Assembly (NCBI RefSeq): GCF_009914755.1
Contig: NC_060943.1
Length of the DNA: 64,000 nt
Reading direction: 5' to 3' (one strand)
Source of the DNA: the human T2T-CHM13v2.0 reference genome, Homo sapiens
Below the pieces are notes generated by a model, which had not been told where the DNA came from, did not search any database, and saw only the letters and a list, made by a program, of their open reading frames with translations. Positions within the stretch are counted from its first letter, which is position 1, and each line of letters starts with the position of its first letter. Position numbers and translations under genes: made by a program. This document shows positions 54,191-64,000 of the stretch, in pieces.

Positions 54191-55225
54191 GAAAGGACCA
54201 ATTCAAAATTGGTCAGATGCCACACGCTAGAAGCTTCCAGAACCACGATGGAAAGAAAAAAAAGAAAACAAAAAACAGAGAGAACAAACAAAAATACCCC
54301 AGACCAAAATGCCTGAAAAATCAAGGTCCTGGTTGACCAAAGGATTCTTAAAGAAACATGTGGCTGGGGTGAGGAGACCCCAATGCCTGAACGAGACCCC
54401 AGAGTGGAAGGAAAAACAACCCAGAAATGCAAATCCGAAGTCCCTGCCCACGGGGCCCCCCCACGCTGTCAAAAGCGAGGCAAAGGGCTTCACAGCTTTA
54501 TGGGGGTGGGGTTGATGGCAGTAGCTTAAATAATAACGGGAGGAGGAGGGTTTTTATACTTCAGCTTTTTTTTTGTCTGCCCCCCTCTTCCTCTACGCGG
54601 AAGAGGAGAGACTGGTAGCTTGAGGTTAAGGAGAAAACAGTATTTCCCCCCCACTTCTTTAATAGGCAAACCATCTAGAAATGGACTGTCATAAAAAAAT
54701 GCCAGATCCCACCTGTGACCTGACAGCCCCCAATTCCTAGAGAGGTGAGAGCTGTCGTGTGGCAGGTTAGGAGAGGTGCCAACCTTGGGCGATGCGGCTT
54801 CTTGGGAAATAACAGCTCCAGCGAGAAAGAATTGGGGTGAGGGAGAGGATGGGGGCCAGAATGGGGGGACCCTTAAGTGGTACCAAAATTAGCTGCCGTC
54901 TGCTCCCTGCTGGTGGGTCCTTGGGGTGGAAAGCATGGCAGGGAGGGGGTTGGGGCTGAATGGAGAAGAAAGTGAGATGCTGATAAAAAAAAAAAAAACA
55001 CCCTTCTCAGAGGGTCCACGGCCCTGGTTCTGAAGAGTAGAAAATCAACAGGATCAAGCAGAGGGCTTTCCTGGGTCACCCCTGCTGAACCCCAGCTCAG
55101 TTCCGGTGAGGGATCAATGCTGCCTGGAGTAGGGGAATGGGCAGGCGGCCCAGTCCGGACCCTCGGCTCCCGGGGGGAGAGGGGAGGGGTGGGCGTGGTG
55201 GGCTCTCCCCTCCCCTCCCCCGGCT

Positions 55226-57037
55226 TCACCTCCCCTCCTCCCGGCCGGCCCGGCCCCCGCCTGGCCCATTGCAGGGCAGCACCCAGTTGTTATCGTGGAG
55301 GCCCAGGCGGCAGCCGGGAGTCTCGCGGTCGGCTCGACGGCAGCACATCCAGTAGGAACGTCCGTAAGGCAGGTCATGGTGGTAGGGCTTGGGGTGCCAG
55401 CGGCAGAGCGACACGTCGCCCTTCTCGTATCTCTTGCGGCACTGTTTGCACGGATCATCGCGGTAGAGCGGGTCTCGGCTCCAGCGCGAGTCTGTGGCCC
55501 GCACGCCAAACGCCTCGATGATGCCCTTGAAGTGGTGGCAGGTGCACTTGAGGGCGGCCAGCGCGCGCGTGGGCAGGAAGCTGAAGATCTTGACCAGCAC
55601 GTGCTCGGGCAGCAGCAGCATGTACTGTCGCGGCTCCAGCAGCCGCTGAATCTTGAAGCGGATCTCTAGGAAGTCGTGCGACACGTGCCGGTACAAGCGG
55701 CACAGGGAGGTGTCCGCCGTGCCCTCGGCATCGTCTGGGCCGGGCGCAGTGGCCGGGGAGTCGGCCGGGGGTGGCTCCGGGGGCCCGTCCGGCCCGCGGT
55801 TCTGGAGAAAGAAGAGCTGGCCCGGAGGCGGCGGTTCCTCCGGGCTGACCGTCAGGCACACAGTCTCCTCCTTCACGTTCTTGGTGCCGTCCTTGCCAAA
55901 GAAGATGCACTCATCTACCACGCCCGTCACCACCACGTCCACGTGGAAGCCTGACGCTCCGCAGTCCCGGGCAGGGGGCGGAGGGGGCGCCGGGGGAGTG
56001 TCCTCAGGCCTGGCGGGTGCCGGGCTGTCACCCTCACTGGCCTCATCCGCCCTGGCCAGCAGGAACTCCACGTTGCTGGGGAGGGCATCCCGCGAGGGGC
56101 TGATGAGCTGGTATAAGTCACATGTGATCTTGTCCTTGGCTCGGGCCCCAGGACCTGGGCTGCCAGGGTAGGCACAACCAGGCCTGCCCCCGCCCCCACT
56201 GGGCAGGCCGCTGTCTGGTGCACGGGGCTCCCGGCCGTTGGAGATGCGGAAGGCGATGCGCACCTCCCCAGGGCCTGGCCCGGGCCGCTCTTCCTTGCGG
56301 AGGCCCTTGGTGGGAGGGCTGTCCCTCTGCGCTTCAAAGTGGGCCACGGCCTCGGCTACACGGCTGCAGTCCCCACCACCGGACCGCCGTTCAGATCCCA
56401 CCCCCTTGGCCGGTCCACCTTGCTCGGCGGACACAAAGACTACAGGCGCTGGGGTGGTCGGTCGTGGGTAGCTCTGCAGGGCCAGGGCTGCCCGCTGTTC
56501 CACCAGGGCCACCATCTCGGCCACAGAGAGCAGGTCCACGTCCTCACCGGCTGAGGCGGGGCCCTCCTCAGCAGCAGGGGGGCCCTCCCGGCCCCCTGGG
56601 TCAGGAGGAGCCTTGGTGGGGTCAAGACAGCGCCTCCGCCGCTTGGCCTTGGAGCTATCGCTGCCCCAGTGCCCCTTGACCTTCATGGAGCTGGCCCGGC
56701 TGCCCCCACCACACTGGTGGGCCACAAAGAAGGCCACCTTCTCCTTTGTATTCCCGGGCTTGATGACATACCACGTGTCCAGGAGGACTCGACCCTCATC
56801 ACCAGCAGCTGCTGCTGAGAGGAGCGGAGCCGGCTGGGAGGCAGGGACCTCAGTGGCCAAGGCGGGTGGTGTGTTCTCTGAGTGGGCAGGCCCATGGTCT
56901 GGCTCGGCCCCGCCACCAGGCTCAGGGCAGGCTGATGGCTTGAGGGCCGCAGAAGGCGGGCGTGGCTGGTTCTGTGAGTAGGTGCCAAAGGGCCGGGGGC
57001 ACCATAGCTGGAAGGGCAGGAGGCTCCCACGGTCCAT
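55226..57037 (-). CDS. FBXO46: F-box only protein 46, 603 aa, single coding exon
   Basis: Intact 1812-nt [20 protein letters not shown]...; F-box [34 protein letters not shown]; Cys/His-rich C-terminus; splice acceptor CTCTTCGTGTCTCCAG with the exon starting at 57115. Confidence 0.98.
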   Translation of the reverse strand: MDRGSLLPFQLWCPRPFGTYSQNQPRPPSAALKPSACPEPGGGAEPDHGPAHSENTPPALATEVPASQPAPLLSAAAAGDEGRVLLDTWYVIKPGNTKEKVAFFVAHQCGGGSRASSMKVKGHWGSDSSKAKRRRRCLDPTKAPPDPGGREGPPAAEEGPASAGEDVDLLSVAEMVALVEQRAALALQSYPRPTTPAPVVFVSAEQGGPAKGVGSERRSGGGDCSRVAEAVAHFEAQRDSPPTKGLRKEERPGPGPGEVRIAFRISNGREPRAPDSGLPSGGGGRPGCAYPGSPGPGARAKDKITCDLYQLISPSRDALPSNVEFLLARADEASEGDSPAPARPEDTPPAPPPPPARDCGASGFHVDVVVTGVVDECIFFGKDGTKNVKEETVCLTVSPEEPPPPGQLFFLQNRGPDGPPEPPPADSPATAPGPDDAEGTADTSLCRLYRHVSHDFLEIRFKIQRLLEPRQYMLLLPEHVLVKIFSFLPTRALAALKCTCHHFKGIIEAFGVRATDSRWSRDPLYRDDPCKQCRKRYEKGDVSLCRWHPKPYHHDLPYGRSYWMCCRRADRETPGCRLGLHDNNWVLPCNGPGGGRAGREEGR

Positions 57038-57070
57038 GCTGGGGGATGATGGCAGACAGGCTGGGCTTCA

Positions 57071-57508
<438 letters not shown>

Positions 57509-58827
57509 TCAAAAAAAAAAAAAAAAAAAAAAGAACTCTATTCCCACTGCCATGCTCAGGTGAGCAGACAGAGGTTGCAGAGGGGATGAGAGATGCCCTT
57601 TTAACTTGCAGAGCGGGACCCTAACTGGCAGCACGCACCAACCCCATAGGTCCTACCCCACTGTCCAACTGCCTTTGCCCACAATCCAGAGGCCTTTAAA
57701 CTGCCATAACTTTTACACTTAAGTGAAAGGACCACTGACAGACAAGGTCCTTTTTCTATTTGCTCACTCAGTAGCTCGTTCCTGAAAAGACAGAAATTCC
57801 CAGCCCCACCCACAGCTATGGCTGCTTAAACCCACAGAGAGAGGAACGAAATGCGCTGGGATGGGGATGAAAATCTGAGGTCAGATTCAGACAAGCACTT
57901 AAGAAATCGGCTTTTCTTTTTTTTTTTCAGGTAGTGGGGCTTAATGAGAATTTATTAAAGCTGTGTGTCCTCAGTCAGAAAAATGCACACCCTTGCAAAG
58001 ACAGTACAGGGGATTCCCTAAAGCACAGCCGTGGACCCGCGGAGTAAGAGGGCCTGTTCTAGAGCCTAGGAGGAGTTCCAGGCTGCAGGGAGCAATGATG
58101 GCACCACTGCACTCCAACCCGGGTGACAGAGTGAGACCCTCTAAAAAACAGAGAACAAAGCCGGGTGTGGTGGCTTGTGCCTGTAATCTTAGCACTTTGG
58201 GAGGCCGAGGTGGGCAGATTGCTTGAGCCCAGGAGTTTGAGACCAGCCTGGGCAAAATCCATCTCTACGAAAAAAGATACAAAAATTAGCCGGGTGGGGT
58301 GTGGCGCACCTGTAGTCCCAGCTAGTTGGGAGGCTGAGGTGGGAGTATCGCTTGAGCCCAGGAGGTGGAGGCTGCAGTGAGCTGTGATGCTGTGATCATA
58401 CCACTGCACTCCAGCCTGGGTGACTGAGAGAGAACCCATCTTGGGAAAAAAAAAGAAAGAAAACACGAGGGTGCCTGTTCTAGCCTAGCTTTCTCCTCAA
58501 GCTGCACACAGATAAACAGAGGCTCAGAGTGGGGAAGGGTGACATAGCTAAGATTACAGTGGGTCCGGAGCAAAAAGAGGCTCTCAACTTGATTTCTGGA
58601 CTCTTCAATTTAGGGCTCTGTTAATGACTATTTTATTTTGGAATGACTTGATGTGAATGACCTAATCTGGAGGCAATCTTGCGCATGAGTCCGACATGAT
58701 CACTTTCACTGCAGTTTGAACCTACTAAGTAACATATGCCTCAATCTTTCTCTGGCTCATCTCCCTCCAGACAGCTCAAAACCAAAATGACCCTTTAAAC
58801 CTTGAAACTTCCACATGCCTACAGGCC

Positions 58828-59029
58828 AGAGAGGTCAGCAAACTATGGCCCAGAAGCCTAATCCAGCTCGCTGTCTTTGTAAATAAAGTTTTATTGAAAC
58901 ATGCTCATTTGTTTATGGATGCTTTCATCTTCAACAGCAGAGCTGAATAGCAGAACAAAGACCACATGGCCTGCAAAGCTTAAAATACCCATTATCTGGC
59001 TCTTTATGGAAAAAGTTTGCCAACTCCTG
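58828..59029 (+). mobile_element. MER58A-like hAT-Charlie DNA transposon
   Basis: Terminal inverted repeats GGTCAGCAAACT ... AGTTTGCCAACTCCTG and core TTGTAAATAAAGTTTTATTG. Confidence 0.85.
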
Positions 59030-59594
59030 CAGTACAGACCATCCCTCTAAATTCAAACAATTCCAGGCCTGGCACAGTGGCTCACACCTGTAATCCCAGC
59101 ACTTTGGGAGGCCGAGGCAGGCGGATCATCTGATGTCAGGAATTCGAGATCAGCCTGGCTAACATGGCAAAACCCCGTCTCTACTAAAAATACAAAAATT
59201 AGCCAGGCGTGGTGGTGCGCGCCTGTAGTCCCATCTACTCAGGAGGCTGAGGCAGGAGAATAGCTTGAACCGGGAGGCGGAGGTTGCAGTGAACTGAGAT
59301 CTTGCCACTGCACTCCAGCCTGGGCGACAAGAGCTAAACTCCATCTCAAAAAAAAAAAAAAAAAAAAAAGAAAGAAAACAAAACAAAATCCAGACAGCCT
59401 CCAAGCACTCACAGGTACCAGTAAACACACAGAATCCCCATGTCAAGAATCTTTATCTCCACTCCATAATCCCCAATCCCACCTACCCCTCAAATACTTA
59501 CAGTCCCTGCTGTAATCTCAGCTCAGTGTTAAAAATATCACTCCACAGCCTCCAAAACCTATAGATGGCTGTTTACCAACCACCAATTCACATA

Positions 59595-59817
59595 CATGTT
59601 GAGTATCTCAAATCTGAAAATCCAAAATGCTCCCAAATTCAGAACTTTTTGAGTGCCAAGATGACACTGATAGGATATGCTCATTAGAGCATTTCAGATT
59701 TTTCAGACTTGGCATACTCAACTGATAAGTATAATGCAAATACTCAAAATCCGAAGAAATCCAAAATCCGAAACACTTTTTAGTCCCAAGATTTTCGGGT
59801 AAGGGATACTTGACCTG
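59595..59817 (-). mobile_element. Tigger4a/MER46-like TcMar DNA transposon
   Basis: TA-flanked inverted ends CATGTTGAGTATC ... GATACTTGACCTG and internal AAATCCGAA repeats. Confidence 0.8.
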
Positions 59818-60789
59818 TATAACCAACTGCCCAGGGAGGCAGGCTAACACAGCAAAAGCCAGTCTCTACAGATGCCATCCTGCTACAACCTGGCCACCCC
59901 CTCAAGTCCCCTAATCAGTTCCAACCTTACCCCCAGCATCTCAATGTCCTCCCCCAAATATCGAAAAGCTTTCAAATACTACTTTAAACCACCGAACCTA
60001 AAAATATCCTCTCCAGCACTGAAGGGCCGAATCTCAGTCAATCTCTCACAGATCCCAACACAGCAATTCCCCAAACTATGTCATAAACAATCACTCTCCC
60101 GGAATCCTATACTCCCCCCAACCCTCCTCCATTATCTCCCAATTCCACTAGAAGCCTCCAACAGCAGACGAACTCTTTGAAAACACAAAAGCTCCCTAAC
60201 ACTTTAAGATGAATCTTAAACCATAAAAATGTTTCACAAAGCCAAAAAAAAAAAACAAAGAAACCTCACAAATGTTACAATAGCAGACATGTGCTTACTG
60301 CACGCTCGCTGCGAGCTTACTAGGTAGGTACTGCGCTAACAATTCCTAATCCTCCTCGGTCCCTAGGAAGCAGGTAGTGTTATTAATGCCTAGTTCCCGA
60401 TGAGACACAGGTGAAATCTCCTGTCCGGGTTAAGACAGGTAGGAAGTCAAGACGCGAGCCCAGACATTCCACCTCCAGGACTGGTACTCTCGGGCTCTTT
60501 GCTTCTGTCTCTCCGGGAGCTCCCCAAATTCTATGCCCAACAAACACTCCAAAACACAAAGGGAACCCGATCCCGAAAACACAACCGAACCTTCCGCATT
60601 ACAAACGAACCCAAACTCCAAGGTGCCCCTTAAGCGCGAGAGAACCCCAAAAGTATCCCCTAAACCCACGTTAAAACTTCCCCAAGCCCCAGAACATTTT
60701 GCAAATGGAAAAGGAACCCCCAAATCTTGTAACCGCCCCCCCAAAGAAATCTTCCAAACCCCTCAGGTGACCCTCGAAACCTACACACG

Positions 60790-61100
60790 CCCCCAAAGAG
60801 CCCTCACCCGCAGCCCCCCCAGGCGGCGGGAGAAGGCTGCAGCCCACACGCATGCGCGCGAAAGGTAAAAGGGCCCGCCCCCTCGCTCCTTCCCTCCGGC
60901 CACCGCGCGGGCAGACTAGCAACTAGCTTCCCTCCGCCCTTTTGTTGACAGACGCGCGCGTGACGCTCTCAGCCAATGAGCGGCCGCCATTCGGGGCCGT
61001 GCCCATATAAGGCAGGCCTTGGCGAAGGGGCCCAACTTCGAAATAGGGAGGAGTAGGCGAGAGGTGATGGGAGTGGGTGGTGGGGTAGACACAGCCGGAT
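60790..61100 (-). promoter_or_regulatory. FBXO46: Internal CpG-rich promoter with candidate FBXO46 alternative first exon (donor at 60808|60807)
   Basis: NRF1-like CGCATGCGCG 60849-60858, CRE half-site CGTGACGC near 60959, CCAAT at 60973, YY1-like GCCGCCATT near 60983, CArG box CCATATAAGG 61003-61012; minus-strand donor GCGG|GTGAGG. Confidence 0.65.
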
Positions 61101-62479
61101 GCAAGGGAGCGTGGAACAACTCCCAACGTCCAGCTAAACGGAACAAGGTCAGGGCAAAGGCCACGACACTCCAGGGGAGGCTTATTACACCACGTCCCCT
61201 CGAACAGAAGCCCTGATTGACGCTTGAGACTTAAAGGGCCAGGCAGCCCGGGGATTAAGAACACCAAGGCGGAAGGAAGCAGGCGGAGAGATCAGAGTAT
61301 CCAGCTTTGGTTGGGAACTGTGGGGGCGGGGGGCGGGCTGAGGATTTCCGCGGGGGGAATTGGGCATCGGGATAACCCCACCCTGAAAAACAAATGGACA
61401 GAACCCTACGAAGGTTCCCACGGCAACTGAAAACAAGCCTCTAGGCCTGGCGTTCAAGGCTCAAGCCGTGTAGCCATTCGGAGCTGCCAGTTCAGCCTTT
61501 CCAAACAGGCGCCCCAAACCTGCCTCACTTAGTACAAAAGAGCAGCCAGAAAAGTCCTGTTAAAGCACAGTCCTATAAACCTGAACCCGTCCCTATCCTG
61601 GTGAGAACCTGCCATGGCTCCCCAGTGCCCTCTGGAAAACACCCAGGTACCCCACCTGTCCAGTCGCATCCCTCCCCACTCCTCCGCCCCGCAGGCAATA
61701 CCCCAGTGCACCCTGGTGGGCACCTGATCTGGCATACATAGAATACTCAGGACCCATCTGATCCCCGGTAGGAGTGATCGTCTCCACGGTATGGATGAAG
61801 AAACTGACGCAGGGCAGGTCTCCTGACCACAAGGTCACACAGAGCTGGAGTGTGAGCTGGAGCAGGGATATGAAGCCAGGGAATCTGATTTCCTAGTCAC
61901 TGTGCCCTACTGTTTCACTATATATTCCCTGGGGTTTCAGCTCGACCACCCCTCCTCTAAGAAGCTGACACCCCCAATCCCCCTAGGCCAGGTCAGGCTT
62001 CACCCAGGGCGTCCATGCGGTGGGCTCATTGCTGTCTATTCCTCAAAGTTACCGGGCTCTTGCCTTCCCTGGTCTCTGCATTTGCTGTTCCCACCAACTG
62101 CAATACATTCCCCCTCTGCAAGGCTCAATTCCTTACTTCATTCAGGTCTGTGTTCAAATGCAGTTTTATTAGAGAGGCCTTCTCCAACTCCCTTCCTGGA
62201 AATCACCCACCTGCCCAGAGGGGACCTCTGGGTTCCCTCTTCCCTGCCTACTCTGGGTCATCGTCTGGGGTGGGTCTCTCTCCAGGCCTGAGACAGGATC
62301 TTCTAACTCCCCCACACTGAGCCCAGCATAAGGCCCTACACTAGGTCAGCCTTCAGCAACTACTCCATGAAAATCTATTCATTGTAAAACATTGTGAACC
62401 AAAAATATGGAAAATCAAAAGACGGCAAAAAACTGGCTGGGAAAACACGAACCAAGAGACAAGTAGAGGAGTAACATTA

Positions 62480-62797
<318 letters not shown>

Positions 62798-62939
62798 TTA
62801 AAAATAAATTAAATAAATAAAAAATAAATAAACTGACAAAAGCAATGGATGATGACGAAACAAAATGACCAATTATTTACTTCTCTACATGAGTCCCTAG
62901 GGCTGGGGGAGGGAGGTGGAAGTGACCCATTATACACAA

Positions 62940-63235
62940 AAGTTCTCAACATACATGATCCAAATACTATGGCTTCCAAATAGATAAAGCAAAAAACGAC
63001 CATCTCTACACATGACAGCCATAAACTTACAAATGACAAGGGAAAGTTTGTTAAATCCACAATTGATATGGGAAAACAACATATTTCTAAGAAAAGACTG
63101 CTTGGGAAAATTAGTAAGGACCTGAACCACTCAATCTACACCCTTGGTTGAATGCCCCCAACAATTAAATAATCCACATATTTACATCCCTAGCATACAT
63201 ACATACATGGTGCATTTGCAAAAACTTGTCTCTGA
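62940..63235 (+). mobile_element. Ancient L1 ORF2 endonuclease-region fragment
   Basis: Translates LNIHDPNTMASK*IKQK (compare L1 LNIYAPN..A..IKQ) and later HGAFAKT (compare HGTFSKID). Confidence 0.6.
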
Positions 63236-64000
63236 CATTCACTGTGGTCCTGCATGCTGGCCATTGTTGGGCGCTGGAACACACAGGTGACACTGAGCTC
63301 CCCAGGAATGGCTCATGGGAAAGGGGTCAGACATCCAAACAAACAGTCAGAACCAACATGAATATATTAGAAAATGATAATCACAACAGCAGTCAATACT
63401 CGAGCACTCTACAAATATGAACTTGTTTGATTCTTCTATCTCCTATTTTTAATTTCGTGTTGAAGATAAGGAAACTGAGGCAGAGAATGGCTAAGTAATT
63501 GCCCTCATTTATAGCTTTGTAGCAGAACTCTGTTTTTGTGAGTGTGTGTTTTGTTTTTTGTTGTTTTCTGAGATGGTCTCACTGTCACCCAGGCTGGAGT
63601 GCAATCTCGCCTCAACGCAGCCTCAATCTCCTGGGCTCAAGTGATCCTCCCATCTCAGCTGCCTTCTTTTTTGTTTTTTTTTTTAAGACGGAGTCTTGCT
63701 CTGTTGCCCAGGCTGGAGTGTAACGGTGCGATCTCGGCTCACTGCAATCACTGCAACCTCTGCCTCCCGGTTCAAGCGATTTGCTTGCCTAAGCCTCCCA
63801 AGTAGCTGGGACTACAGGTGTGCGCCACCATGTCCAGATAATTTTTTCATTTTTAGTAGAGATGGAGTTTCACCATGTTGGCCAGACTGGTCTCGAACTC
63901 CTGACCTCAGGTGATCCACCCCACCTTGGCCTCCCAAAGTGTTGAGATTACAGGCGTGAGCCACTGCACCTGGCCTAATATTTGTATTTTTAGTAGAGAC

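Overview
Human genomic DNA from chromosome 19q13.32, very Alu-dense. In order the window holds: an Alu-rich intergenic stretch; the complete GIPR gene (+, 14 exons, 466-aa class B1 GPCR) with the palindromic MIR642A/MIR642B hairpin in intron 7; SNRPD2 (-, Sm D2, 118 aa) and QPCTL (+, Golgi isoglutaminyl cyclase, 382 aa) head-to-head on a shared CpG-island promoter; and the single coding exon of FBXO46 (-, 603 aa) with an internal CpG-rich promoter about 3.7 kb upstream. I assembled all four CDSs by hand from GT-AG boundaries; their lengths close exactly (1401, 357, 1149 and 1812 nt). This haplotype encodes GIPR Gln354 (E354Q) rather than the reference Glu. I see no convincing wholly new gene system. 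The best leads are an Alu-derived in-frame alternative GIPR N-terminus, a cryptic splice acceptor created by the E354Q base, a G-rich acceptor on GIPR exon 9, a CHORD-like Cys/His motif in FBXO46, a chimeric AluYa5/old-Alu element, and an inverted Alu pair with an Alu-donated poly(A) signal in the QPCTL 3' UTR. Most entries in the ORF track are Alu or low-complexity artefacts.
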